Source of the DNA: Myxococcota bacterium
GTDB taxonomy: Bacteria > Myxococcota_A > UBA9160 > JAFDDA01
Reading direction: 5' to 3'
DNA length: 64,000 nucleotides
NCBI GenBank assembly: GCA_965228475.1
Contig: OZ245817.1
Coordinates: 2,176,001-2,240,000 of the forward strand
In this document: positions 1 to 9,590 of the stretch, piece by piece
Position numbering within the stretch: the first letter of the stretch is position 1
Layout of the letters: each line of letters opens with the position of its first letter
Made by a program: the position numbers and the translations under genes
The notes under the pieces: model-generated
What the model was told of the DNA's origin: nothing
What the model saw: the letters and a program-made list of their open reading frames with translations, nothing else
The model's database searches: none

Positions 1-330
1 CAGCATGTCGCCCGCAAGTACGATGCACTGCTCGCTCGCCGCGAGGAATTCCGCCGCGCGGCGCAGGCCGCCGCCGGTGCCGAGCGGTCCCGGCTCGTCG
101 GACCAGGAGAGTTCCATCCCCGAAGGACGGACGGCCTCGGTGCGTTCGGTCAGCACGGAAGCCAGGTAGTGGCGGTTGATGACGACCTCATCGACGCCGT
201 GGCGTTCGAGCAGCCGTAGCCCGAAACCGATCACCGGCATGCCGCGGACGGGAAGGGCGGGCTTCGGGCGCAGCGCGGAGAGGGGCCGCACGCGCTCTCC
301 GAGACCGGCGGCGAGGATCATGGCTCTCAT
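1..330 (-). CDS. murU: Nucleotidyltransferase, MurU-like (5' part only; runs off the window)
   Basis: Manual translation MRAMILAAGLGERVRPLSALRPKPALPVRG... gives the NTP-transferase GxGxR..PKP motif and PLGTGGG. Its ATG overlaps the TGA of the upstream amgK-like gene. Confidence 0.75.
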   Translation of the reverse strand, partial: MRAMILAAGLGERVRPLSALRPKPALPVRGMPVIGFGLRLLERHGVDEVVINRHYLASVLTERTEAVRPSGMELSWSDEPGPLGTGGGLRRAAEFLAASEQCIVLAGDML

Positions 331-1493
331 GCCGGCGCCGCCCCGGGGCTCGCGAGGGGCAGCGCTTCCACCAGCTCCGCGATCGGCGCGAAGCGCGCAT
401 CCGCGCTGCCGAGCCGGCGCGCTGCGGCCTTCAGCGCGCGCACGGTGGTCGGAACGTGGCGCAGGAAGCGGCGATCGCGCCGCGTCTCCGCCGCGTAGAG
501 GAACCGGGCGTGGTCCTTGCCCTTGCGCGTGAGCGTCAGGGCGTCGAAGCGCAGGGCGAACTCCTGGCTGCGCGGATGGTCCGGCAGCCGCGGCCGGATC
601 CGCTCGAGCTGGTGGGTGACCTCTTCCTCCGGCAGCTCGACGTAGGAGTCGCGGAGCAGACAGACCAGGTCGTATTCGGGCGGCGCGAGGAAGGCTCCCT
701 GGAAGTCGATCACGGCGAGCCGGTGTCCGGCGCGCCGCCCCGACCGCACGAACAGGTTCGCGCTCTGGAAATCCCGATGGGCGAGCCGCTGGGGCGCGGT
801 GCGGGCGAGCTCGGCGACGTGCGCGAAGGCGTCGGTCACGACGGTGCGTTCGGCCGGCGTCGCGGCGCGGCCGAGCGCCGCGGGGAGGCTCCAGTCGGCG
901 AACAGCGCCGCCTTGTACTCGAAGTACGGTGCGTCGAGGTGCCGGTCGTGGGCCGGGATCGCCGGGTCCCGGTCGAAGCCGGCTTTCTGGAAGCGCGCCA
1001 CGAGGTCGCAGGCTTCCTCGTAGAGGCTGCGGAGCTCCTGGCTCCCGGCACCCCCCGCCACTTCCTCGAGCGAGCGGTCGCCGAGATCTTCCAGGTAGTC
1101 GACGCCCGCGCCGCCGCCGAAGCGCAGCGGAACCGGAATGCCGTGCTCGGCGAGGAAGGTCAGCGTCGGCTCGAGGGGCGGCTCGGGCGGGATGCCCGGC
1201 GGGCGCCCGCCCGGGTCCTCCGGTGCTTCGACCCGCACGATCAATCGGGCGGGCGTGCCGGCGGTCTCCACGCGGTAGAAGCTCCGCAGCCCGAGTCCTC
1301 CCGCGATGGCTTCGATCGACCGCACCGTCACGCCGAGGGCGGCTTCGACCTCGGCGGCGAGCTGGGCCTCGGCGGCGTCGCCGGTCCCCGTCTGGCCGGC
1401 GGCCATCTCGGGTTCCCCGTCTTCCCTCGGGGAGGCCCCGGCTTCTTCCGCGAGCTCCGGCGCTCGATCCATCGCCAAGGTCACCTCGGACAC
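327..1493 (-). CDS. amgK: APH-family phosphotransferase, AmgK-like anomeric MurNAc/GlcNAc kinase
   Basis: LEDLGD, HRDFQSANL (Brenner motif), IDFQGA and YDLVCLLRD; translationally coupled to murU-like gene. Start uncertain. Confidence 0.75.
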   Translation of the reverse strand: MSEVTLAMDRAPELAEEAGASPREDGEPEMAAGQTGTGDAAEAQLAAEVEAALGVTVRSIEAIAGGLGLRSFYRVETAGTPARLIVRVEAPEDPGGRPPGIPPEPPLEPTLTFLAEHGIPVPLRFGGGAGVDYLEDLGDRSLEEVAGGAGSQELRSLYEEACDLVARFQKAGFDRDPAIPAHDRHLDAPYFEYKAALFADWSLPAALGRAATPAERTVVTDAFAHVAELARTAPQRLAHRDFQSANLFVRSGRRAGHRLAVIDFQGAFLAPPEYDLVCLLRDSYVELPEEEVTHQLERIRPRLPDHPRSQEFALRFDALTLTRKGKDHARFLYAAETRRDRRFLRHVPTTVRALKAAARRLGSADARFAPIAELVEALPLASPGAAPA

Positions 1494-1556
1494 TCCTCGG
1501 GCCGCGTCAGGGCCGGTCGCAGGCGATCCCGCGGGGTCGAGTTGCGCGGGGGCGAA

Positions 1557-2867
1557 TCAGCCAAAGAACCAGTGGCAGGCGACCAGCGCTCCGACCAGAC
1601 CACAGAAGTCTCCAATCAAACAGGCCGCCAGGCCGTGACGGCCGTCACGGATGCCGGCGGCGCCCAGGTAGAGGGCCAGAACGTAGAACGTCGTTTCGGT
1701 CGAGCCCTGTAGTGTGCTCACCACGTACCCGACGAAGGAGTCCGGGCCGCTGCTCTGGAGGATCTCCGCCATCACCCCGTAGGCCCCGGAGCCCGAGAGC
1801 GGCCGCAGGAGGGCCATCGGCAGGGCCTCGGCGGGCATGCCCACGGCCGAGGTCAGGGGGGCGATCCACGCGACCAGGGCGTCGAGCGCCCCCGAGGCCC
1901 GGAGCATGCCGACGGCGACCACGATCGCGATCAGGTAGGGCGCGATGCGGACGGCCACCTCGAGGCCTTCGCGCCCACCGGCGACCGCGGCCTCGTAGAC
2001 GGGGACGCGCCGCCGCGCGCCGAACCACAGGAGGAGCGCGATCAGCCCGGCGAGGAGCCAGGTGCTGGCCACGTCCAGGAACACGTCGAGCCCGCTCGCG
2101 GCTTCGATGCGCCGGACGTGGAGCACGAGCGCGACCCCGAAGGCGAGCCAGAAGCCGCGCAGCGTCCAGAGCACCCAGGGCGCGGCGAGCGGCGGGAGCT
2201 CGTCCGGGATCTCGGTGTCGATGTCCTCGGCGCTCGGGGGCTCGGCGGCGGCCGCGGCGGCCGGCGGCTCGGGCCGGTCCTCCTGGCGGAGCCCGCGGAT
2301 GCGCTGCAGCAGCAGGCAGGCCGTGACGGCGCCGATCGTCGAGCAGAGCGTCGCGAACAGCGTCGTCGGGAAGATCGCCGCGGCGTTGGCGGACCCCTCG
2401 GCCGCGCGCAGCGCGATCACGCCCGAAGGCAGGAGCGTCACGCTCGACGTGTTCACGGCGAGGAAGAGCACCATCGAGTTGCTCGCGACGCCGGGCCGCG
2501 TGTTCAGCCGGTCGAGCTCGGCCATGGCCTTCAGCCCGAAGGGCGTCGCGGCGTTGCCCAGCCCGAGCATGTTCGACGCCATGTTCATGATCATGGCGCC
2601 CATGGCCGGGTGGTTCGCGGGGACGTCCGGGAAGAGGCGGCGGAGCAGCGGGGCGATGGCGCGGGCGATCAGGGTGAGGAGTCCGCCGGCGCGGGCCACG
2701 CTCATCAGGCCGAGGAAGAGCACCATCGGGCCGGTCAGCTTGATGGCGAGCATGAGCGCGTCGACCGCCGAGGCGACGATCTGCGCGTTCAGCTCTCCCA
2801 TGCGGCCGTTGAAGGCCGCCCAGAGCACCGAAATCAAGATCAGCGCGAGCCAGATCCCGTTGAGCAC
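1557..2867 (-). CDS. spmAB: Fused SpmA/SpmB membrane protein (nucleoside-recognition Gate domains)
   Basis: SpmA half has LFPDVP..HPAMG..MNMASNMLGLGNAATPFGLKAM; SpmB half has LLRPLSGSGA...STETTFYVLALY. GTG start at 2867. Confidence 0.85.
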   Translation of the reverse strand: MLNGIWLALILISVLWAAFNGRMGELNAQIVASAVDALMLAIKLTGPMVLFLGLMSVARAGGLLTLIARAIAPLLRRLFPDVPANHPAMGAMIMNMASNMLGLGNAATPFGLKAMAELDRLNTRPGVASNSMVLFLAVNTSSVTLLPSGVIALRAAEGSANAAAIFPTTLFATLCSTIGAVTACLLLQRIRGLRQEDRPEPPAAAAAAEPPSAEDIDTEIPDELPPLAAPWVLWTLRGFWLAFGVALVLHVRRIEAASGLDVFLDVASTWLLAGLIALLLWFGARRRVPVYEAAVAGGREGLEVAVRIAPYLIAIVVAVGMLRASGALDALVAWIAPLTSAVGMPAEALPMALLRPLSGSGAYGVMAEILQSSGPDSFVGYVVSTLQGSTETTFYVLALYLGAAGIRDGRHGLAACLIGDFCGLVGALVACHWFFG

Positions 2868-3034
2868 CCCACCCCCCGGAAGTGTGCTCGTCCGCCGGCC
2901 CAACCCGGGGCGGACGCGCCGGTTCGCGCCCGGGAAAGCCCGGGCGCGGACGTGCTTGTTCGCGCGCAAGCTCCCGGATAACTTCGGCGGCGTCAACCGC
3001 ACTCGCCCCCCGCGAAAACGAGGAGACGCAGCCC

Positions 3035-4540
3035 GTGTTGCGTTCGAAGTTCGCGCGCCCGCGGCCCGGAATCCTGCTGGCGGCTCTCGGGACGCTCGGC
3101 CTGGGGCTCGGGTGCCTGGCCGTGCCGCGGCCCGGGACGGCCGACGAGGCGCCCGGCGGCCGGGCCTCCATGCCGGTCCCGGGGGCGCCGTCGCCGCCGT
3201 CGCGGGCCTGGGAGCAGGGGGTCCGGCGGGCACTCGACGCGCGCGGCCTGCGCGGGGCAACACTCGGGGTGCTCGTCGCGGACGCGGACACCGGCGAGCG
3301 TTGGTTCGAGCGCGGCGCCGAGCGCGCCCTGATCCCCGCTTCGAACATGAAGATCCTGACCGCTCTGGCGGTCGGCGAAGAGTTTGGTCCGACCCATCGC
3401 TTCACGACGCCGGTTCGCGTCGGCGCCGCGCCCGACGCGGCGGGCGTCGTCCCCTGGCTTTCGGTGGAGGGTAGCGGGGATCCGTCGCTGACTTCGGAGC
3501 AGTGGTGGCGCCTGGCTGCGGACGTGGCGCGTCTCGGGGTGCGGCGCGTCGCGGGCGACGTCTTCCTCGACGCCTCGGCCTTCGACGAGCACCGCTGGCA
3601 CCCGAGCTGGGGGACGCCGAGCGCCCGGGCGTACTTCGGGCCGGTGGCGGCGCTGTCCGCGAACTACGGCGCGTTCGCGGTCGTGGTCGAGCCGGGCGCC
3701 GCGGGCGGCAAGGCGCGCGTGAGGACGGATCCGGCCGTCCCCTACCTCGCCGTCGAGAACCGCGCCACGACCGGGAAACGCACGAAGCTCGCGGTCGAGC
3801 GCAGGGCTGGCCCCGGCGTTCTGCGCGTGATCGTGAGCGGCACGATCGCCGCAGGGGCGGAGCCGGAGACGATCTGGCGCAGCGTGCTCGACCCCGTGGC
3901 CTACGCCGGGGCGGTCTTCCGCATGCAGCTCGAAGGGCTCGGGATCGCCGTCGACGGCCGCTTCCGCGCGGACCGTCCCGCCGGAACGAGCCCCGGCATC
4001 GAGCTGCACGCTTTCGAGGGCCAGGACGTGGGACAGCTCCTGCGCCTGCTCGGGAAGTACAGCAGCAACTTCATCGCCGAGGCCCTGGTGAAGGCCATGG
4101 GGCGTCACGCCTTCGGGACGGTCGGCGCATGGGATCCGGGCATGGAGGCCGTGCGCACGCGCCTGGCGGCGTTGGGCCTCGATCTTCGAGGCGCCCGCCT
4201 GGTCGACGGTTCCGGCCTCTCTCGCGACAACCGGGTGTCGGCGCGGCTGCTGGTCGAAGCGTTGCAGGCGGCTCGCGGCTCGTTCCGCATCGGGCCGGAG
4301 GTGCTCGCTTCGTTCCCGATCGCCGGCGGCGACGGCACGCTCGAGAAGCGCGCCTCGGGCGCGGCCGGTGCGGTGCGCGCGAAGACCGGGCTGCTGAACG
4401 GGGTGACGTCGCTCTCGGGCTACGCGGAGCGGGCGGACGGCCGCGTGGCGGCGTTCTCGATCCTGGTGAACGACTTCCAGAACGGCGCACCCGCGGCGCG
4501 GGCGGCCGTGGACGGATTCGTCGAGGCCCTCGTTCGCTGA
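3035..4540 (+). CDS. dacB: D-Ala-D-Ala carboxypeptidase/endopeptidase (PBP4, peptidase S13)
   Basis: PASNMK (SxxK), GSGDPSL, SSN (SxN), DGSGLSRDN and AKTG motifs; N-terminal hydrophobic segment; AGGAG upstream of GTG. Confidence 0.9.
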   Translation: MLRSKFARPRPGILLAALGTLGLGLGCLAVPRPGTADEAPGGRASMPVPGAPSPPSRAWEQGVRRALDARGLRGATLGVLVADADTGERWFERGAERALIPASNMKILTALAVGEEFGPTHRFTTPVRVGAAPDAAGVVPWLSVEGSGDPSLTSEQWWRLAADVARLGVRRVAGDVFLDASAFDEHRWHPSWGTPSARAYFGPVAALSANYGAFAVVVEPGAAGGKARVRTDPAVPYLAVENRATTGKRTKLAVERRAGPGVLRVIVSGTIAAGAEPETIWRSVLDPVAYAGAVFRMQLEGLGIAVDGRFRADRPAGTSPGIELHAFEGQDVGQLLRLLGKYSSNFIAEALVKAMGRHAFGTVGAWDPGMEAVRTRLAALGLDLRGARLVDGSGLSRDNRVSARLLVEALQAARGSFRIGPEVLASFPIAGGDGTLEKRASGAAGAVRAKTGLLNGVTSLSGYAERADGRVAAFSILVNDFQNGAPAARAAVDGFVEALVR

Positions 4541-4586
4541 GGGCGACCGAAGACCTGAGGGCTCGCGATCGGCGCGCTGAGGGCGG

Positions 4587-4919
4587 TCAGCCGCCGATCA
4601 GCGAGAGGCCCATCGTGCGGGCGGCGACGATGTTGTTGGCCACGGCCAGGCCGGTCCAGAACACCGAGAAGGCCAGGAACGAGACCTTGATGAGGTGCGG
4701 CACTCGGGGCGTCCACGCCAGGAAGGCCAGGGCGACGACGGTGACCGCCGAATCGATCAGGAGCCCCTCGACCAGGCCGGCGCGCTTGAAGAGCCAGTCG
4801 GCGATGGGGTTGGCTTCGGTCACCTCCCACCCGGGTGCGGCGGAGGAGAGGCACAGGTAGGTGGTCCAGTGGTCGGCAGCGCTCAACAGCACGGTGAGCA
4901 GGAGCAAGACGGCAAGCAT
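4587..4919 (-). CDS. Small membrane protein, DUF5658-like
   Basis: 110 aa with three hydrophobic helices and a D..TT....EANP motif. Confidence 0.6.
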   Translation of the reverse strand: MLAVLLLLTVLLSAADHWTTYLCLSSAAPGWEVTEANPIADWLFKRAGLVEGLLIDSAVTVVALAFLAWTPRVPHLIKVSFLAFSVFWTGLAVANNIVAARTMGLSLIGG

Positions 4920-5152
4920 TGCGGGTCCTCGACCCCCATTCCCGGCCCGGAGGAAGAGCAAGAAGCATGCCTCGTCCGGCGGCATCGCGCGGAGTGGCCC
5001 GCGGCGCATGGCCTTGGCGGAGCTTCTACGGGTGCGCTGCCGCGGGGCTGCGGCCGAGGCTCCGCGCGGGAGAGGGCAGGGCGGCGCTTCGGGCGCCGCG
5101 GAAGGGAACTCCACGTAACCCGTGCAAGAATCTGCGCAGTGGCGGGCGGGCC

Positions 5153-5395
5153 CTAGCGGGACCGCTTCATCTTTCCCTTGCCGAGCAGGAGCCAGTCGAG
5201 AGAAATGTTCTCCTTCATGGCCAGGGTGATGAGGAAGTCCGTGTGAGGGGTCGTTCCGTTCTCGTAGCGGTTCACGTTCTGTTGGAACACGCCGAGGTCG
5301 CGCGCGAACTGTCGCTGCGAGCGCTCGCCGCGCAGTTCGGACAGCCGGTCCGGGATTCGCTTCTTCATCCGCTTCATCTGCGCCGGCGACGCCAT
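5153..5395 (-). CDS. XRE-family helix-turn-helix regulator
   Basis: RLSELRGERSQRQFARDLGVFQQNVNRYENG...ISLDWLLLG is a typical HTH_3 pattern. Confidence 0.85.
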   Translation of the reverse strand: MASPAQMKRMKKRIPDRLSELRGERSQRQFARDLGVFQQNVNRYENGTTPHTDFLITLAMKENISLDWLLLGKGKMKRSR

Positions 5396-5504
5396 CGGAA
5401 CTCTCCTGAAGTCTTTCGCGCGAGCCGTCTTCGGCGACGGGGCGCGCGTTCGGTGGAACGGAAACGAGAACGACGAACGCGGCGCAGGGCCGCGCGGGCG
5501 CCGG

Positions 5505-5533
5505 AGTGTACGCGAGGCCTTGATCGTGTCCAA
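5505..5533 (-). promoter_or_regulatory. Putative sigma70-type promoter for the XRE gene
   Basis: Minus strand TTGGAC-N17-TACACT with an A-rich tract upstream, in otherwise GC-rich DNA. Confidence 0.35.
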
Positions 5534-5727
5534 CAGAATTTCGTTTCTTTCGAGGGGCGATCTCGCGAAGCTCGACGGCCGGCCGGTGCGGCGCGATGCT
5601 GCGACGCAAGGACGTGTCGACGGGGACGCGGTCCGCGCGTTCTTCGCGTTCCGGATGGCGCGTTCGGGCCCAACCGGGCCGCCCGCCCGTACGATTCGGT
5701 CCGGGCGGTGTTGCAGGCGGTGTCGCA

Positions 5728-6306
5728 GTGAGGGTCACCGGCGGACGCCTCGGAGGCCGCAGGCTCCGCGTCCCGCGCGGTGACCTCGTCCGCCCGACGG
5801 CGGACCGGGTCCGGGAGTCCCTGTTCGCGCGCCTCGGCGGGCTCGACGGCGCGCGGGTCCTCGACGCCTTCGCGGGAACCGGAGCCCTCGGCATCGAAGC
5901 GCTCTCGCGCGGCGCGGGTCACGCGGTCTTCGTCGAGCGGGCGAAGCCGGCGTTGGCCGTGCTCCAGGAGAACCTGCGGAGCCTCGAGCTCGGCGCCGTG
6001 AGCCGCGTCGTGCGCGGGGACACCCGCGGCGCGCTCCGCCGGCTCGGCCGCACGAAGGAGCGCTTCGATTGGATCTTCCTCGACCCGCCCTACGGCGACG
6101 AGACCCTGGCCGAGGTGCTGGCGCTCGCCGCGGAGGTGCTCGCCGGGGAAGGCTCGATCCTCGTCGAATCGGACCGCAGGACCCCCTTGCCGGAAACGCC
6201 CGGGCTCGCGATTCTCGACGCCCGTCCCTATGGGGACACGGTCGTCACCCGGCTCTCGCGCTCCGGTACCCAGGGGGCGGAGGCGCCCGCCAGGAGCCCC
6301 AAGCCC
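5728..6306 (+). CDS. rsmD: 16S rRNA m2G966 methyltransferase RsmD domain (no stop codon; reads in frame into coaD)
   Basis: VRVTGG, RPTADRVRESLF, LDAFAGTGALGIEALSRGA, FLDPPY. Confidence 0.85.
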
Positions 6307-6810
6307 ATGAGCCAATCCGACGGATCGCGCGTCGCGCTCTTCCCGGCCAGCTTCGACCCGGTCACGAACGGCCACCTCGACATCATCGAGCGGTCCCTGC
6401 GCGTGGTCGATCGCCTGATCGTGGGCGTGGCCCACAACGTGGCGAAGAAGGGGGCCTTCTCGGTCGAGGAGCGGCTCGAGATCCTGAACGAGGTGCTCGG
6501 CGACGAGCCTCGTATCGAGGTGACGGCCTTCGAAGGGCTGCTGGTCGACTTCTGCCGCGAGGCAGGCGCGCGCATCGTGATCCGGGGCCTGCGCGCCATG
6601 TCGGACTACGAGTACGAGTTCGAGATGGCGCTCATGAACAAGCACCTGAATCCCGACGTCGAGACGGTCTTCATGATGGCGAGCCAGGAGTATCTCTACG
6701 TGAGCTCTTCGCGCCTGAAGGAGCTCACGCGCTTCGGCGGCAACGTCTCGGACTTCGTTCCGGCGGTCGTCGAGAAGCGGCTGCGCGAGAAGCTCCAGCC
6801 CGGGCAATGA
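6307..6810 (+). CDS. coaD: Pantetheine-phosphate adenylyltransferase
   Basis: FPASFDPVTNGHLDII, RGLRAMSDYEYE, VSSSRLKE; AGGAG upstream of ATG 6307. Confidence 0.92.
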   Translation: MSQSDGSRVALFPASFDPVTNGHLDIIERSLRVVDRLIVGVAHNVAKKGAFSVEERLEILNEVLGDEPRIEVTAFEGLLVDFCREAGARIVIRGLRAMSDYEYEFEMALMNKHLNPDVETVFMMASQEYLYVSSSRLKELTRFGGNVSDFVPAVVEKRLREKLQPGQ

Positions 6811-6817
6811 ACTTCGG

Positions 6818-8257
6818 ATGAAGCCGCGTCCGCGACCCATCCGCTTCGGGACGAGCGGATGGCGGGGGATCTTCGGCGAGGAGATCACGATCGCCCGTGC
6901 GGCTGCGGTGGCGACGGCGGTGTCGCGTTGGCTGGCCGAGACCGGCGCCAAGGGTCCGGTCCTGCTCGCCCGCGATGTCCGGGCCGGCGGCGCGGCCCTC
7001 GTCGAGGCGGCCTCCGAGGCCCTCGTTCGCACGGGAACGTCGGTGGATCGGGCCGACGCGCCGCTGCCGACTCCGGCCGCCACCCGGGCCGTCGCCCGGG
7101 GGCACTACGCCGCGGCGCTGGTCTTCACGGCCAGCCACAACCCGCCGGCCTATCAGGGGCTGAAGGTCTTCGGTGCCGAGGGGGCCGGCCTCGAACCCCG
7201 GGCGACGCGCCGGCTCGAGCGGCTGGCCCTCGAAGCGCTGGCGGGCCCCGACCGGTCGGCGTCGCGCCGGCGCGGCCGCGTCCGGCGCATCGACCCGCTC
7301 GCGGCCTACCTCGACGCCCTTTCCGGCGTGATCGACCGCGAGGCGATGGCCCGGCGCCGCCCGACCCTTCACTACGACGCCCTGCACGGGGCCGGCGCAG
7401 GCGTCCTCGACCGGGTCCTCGCCGAGGCGGGCGCCCGGGTGGTTCCCGAGCGCTGCGGACGCGACGCGCGCTTTGCCGGCGGGAGTCCGGACCCGGTGCC
7501 CGAGCGGCTGGGCGGTCTCATGCGCCGCGTGCGCAAGACGCGAGGGCTCGTGCTCGGTCTGGCCACCGACGGGGACGCCGACCGCTTCGCGGCCGTCGAC
7601 GCCTCGGGGCATCTCCTGACCGCGACCCAGGGCCTCGCGCTCCTCGTCGACCACCTGGCCGAGACGGGGCGCGTCACGCGCGGCGTGGCCCTCTCCGTCG
7701 CGACGGGATCGCTGGTCGAGCGCGTTGCGCGCGCCCATGGCTTGCGGGTCGTACGCCACCCGATCGGCTTCAAGTGGCTCTCGCGCTCGCTCCTCGCGGG
7801 GGACTGCGACTGCGCGGGCGAGGAGAGCGGCGGCTTCGCCTGGGGACGGCACGGCGTCGACAAGGACGGCGCCCTTGCCGGAGCGCTGTTGGCGGACCTC
7901 TTGGCGCGTTCGGGAGAGCCGCTCGGCCGGCGCATCGAGCGCCTCGAGCGGCGCTTCGGTGCGAGCCGCTGCGGGCGCGTGGCGACGCCCGCGAGCGACC
8001 GCGCCGACCGTGCCCTGGCGCGGCTCGTCCGAACGCCTCCGGCCCGGGTTCTCGGCGAGCGGGTGACCGACGTCGACCGCCGGGACGGCCTTCGCCTCGG
8101 CCTGGCCGATGGCTTCGTGATGCTGCGGCGCTCGGGGACCGAGCCCCTGGTCCGGATCTATGCCGAGGGGCGCTCTGCCGCGGCCCTGGGCGCGCGCCTG
8201 GCGGAGGGGGCTCGCTGGCTCGGAGGGGAGCCGTCGGGTAACTTCGCAGAAGGATGA
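6818..8257 (+). CDS. Phosphoglucomutase/phosphomannomutase family protein
   Basis: FGTSGWRG, TASHNP, DGDADR, GEESGG, RRSGTEPLVRIYAE. Confidence 0.9.
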   Translation: MKPRPRPIRFGTSGWRGIFGEEITIARAAAVATAVSRWLAETGAKGPVLLARDVRAGGAALVEAASEALVRTGTSVDRADAPLPTPAATRAVARGHYAAALVFTASHNPPAYQGLKVFGAEGAGLEPRATRRLERLALEALAGPDRSASRRRGRVRRIDPLAAYLDALSGVIDREAMARRRPTLHYDALHGAGAGVLDRVLAEAGARVVPERCGRDARFAGGSPDPVPERLGGLMRRVRKTRGLVLGLATDGDADRFAAVDASGHLLTATQGLALLVDHLAETGRVTRGVALSVATGSLVERVARAHGLRVVRHPIGFKWLSRSLLAGDCDCAGEESGGFAWGRHGVDKDGALAGALLADLLARSGEPLGRRIERLERRFGASRCGRVATPASDRADRALARLVRTPPARVLGERVTDVDRRDGLRLGLADGFVMLRRSGTEPLVRIYAEGRSAAALGARLAEGARWLGGEPSGNFAEG

Positions 8258-8381
8258 AGGATTTTCGCCCCTTGGCGGTCGCGGCGCGTGTCGTTCCTGG
8301 ATCCCGTTCCGGCGCAGGCCGGGTCCCGGGCTTCCAGCCGGGCGCCTCGGTCCGGGCCGGGCCTGAACTCGGAGGGGGCGC

Positions 8382-9590
8382 ATGAGTCCGCGCCGCGTCC
8401 TTCTCATCGTCTCGGGCGGCATTGCGGCCTACAAGGCCCCGGAGCTGGTCCGGGCCCTTCGCGCGGCGGGACACGAGGTCCGCTGCGTCCTCACGGCGGC
8501 CGCCGAGCGCTTCGTCGCACCGCTCTCGCTACAGACCGTGTCCGGCCAGCGGGTGCGGACGGCGCTCTTCGACGCCGAACAGGAAGGCGAGATCGATCAC
8601 ATCGCCCTGGCGGATACCGCGGAGCTGGTGCTCGTGGCGCCGGCCACGGCGGACCTGCTGGCGAAGATGGCTCACGGCCTCGCCGACGATCTCGCGTCCA
8701 CGCTGCTCCTGGCCACGCGCGCGCCGGTGCTCGTCGCGCCGGCGATGAACGTCAACATGTGGCAGCACGCGGCCACGCGGCGGAACGTCGAGACGCTGCG
8801 GGAGCGCGGCGTCCGCTTCGTCGGCCCCGATGCCGGGGCCCTGGCCTGCGGCTGGGAAGGCGAGGGCCGCATGAGCGACCCGTCGGCCATCGCGGCGGCG
8901 GCGGAGCTCGCGCTGGGGACGCGCGCCTGGGAAGGCGAGACGGTGCTCGTCACCGCGGGCGGCACGCGCGAAGCGATCGACCCGGTGCGGAGCCTCACCA
9001 ACCGCTCTTCGGGGAAGATGGGTTTCGCCATCGCGGCCGAGGCGGCGCGGCGCGGCGCGCGCGTCGTGCTCGTCGCGGGGCCGGCTTCCCTGCCGACGCC
9101 CGCCGGCGTCCGCCGGGTCGACGTCGAGTCGGCGCTCGAGATGCACCGGGCCGTCTTCGCCGAGCTGGCGGAGGCCACCGTCGTGGTGAAGGCCGCGGCC
9201 GTCGCGGACTTCCGGCCGAAGCAGGCCGAGGGCCGCAAGATCAAGAAGGAAGGTCTCGCCGAAGACGCGGGGCTCACGCTGGAACTCGTTCCGAACCCGG
9301 ACATCCTGGCCGAGGTCTCCCGCGAAAAAGGGCCGCGGATCGTGGTCGGGTTCGCGGCGGAGAGCCACGACCTCGTCCCCGCCGCCCAGCGCAAGCTGGC
9401 CCGGAAGGGGTGCGACCTGATCGTGGCCAACGACGTCTCCCGCGCCGGCGTGGGCTTCGACGCCGACCAGAACGCGGTGACCCTCGTCTGGCCCTCGGGC
9501 GAGGTGGAGGAGCTGCCGGTCCAGCCGAAGGCGGCCGTCGCCGGCCAGCTGCTCGACCGCCTCGAGAAGCTTCGGAGCGGGCGCGGATGA
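8382..9590 (+). CDS. coaBC: Phosphopantothenoylcysteine decarboxylase/synthetase
   Basis: GGIAAYK, APAMNVNMW, LACGWEGEGRM, TREAIDPVR..TNRSSGKMG, VGFAAES, IVANDV. Confidence 0.95.
   Translation: MSPRRVLLIVSGGIAAYKAPELVRALRAAGHEVRCVLTAAAERFVAPLSLQTVSGQRVRTALFDAEQEGEIDHIALADTAELVLVAPATADLLAKMAHGLADDLASTLLLATRAPVLVAPAMNVNMWQHAATRRNVETLRERGVRFVGPDAGALACGWEGEGRMSDPSAIAAAAELALGTRAWEGETVLVTAGGTREAIDPVRSLTNRSSGKMGFAIAAEAARRGARVVLVAGPASLPTPAGVRRVDVESALEMHRAVFAELAEATVVVKAAAVADFRPKQAEGRKIKKEGLAEDAGLTLELVPNPDILAEVSREKGPRIVVGFAAESHDLVPAAQRKLARKGCDLIVANDVSRAGVGFDADQNAVTLVWPSGEVEELPVQPKAAVAGQLLDRLEKLRSGRG

Noticed and set aside
5277..5290. TTCTGTTGGA also found inverted near the XRE promoter (~5529-5538)
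   Set aside because: A short match with one copy inside coding sequence; likely chance.
8288..9586. Apparent 896-aa NfeD ORF
   Set aside because: The first ~430 aa overlap coaBC in another frame and are Arg/Gly-rich shadow sequence; real NfeD starts at 9587 or 9614.
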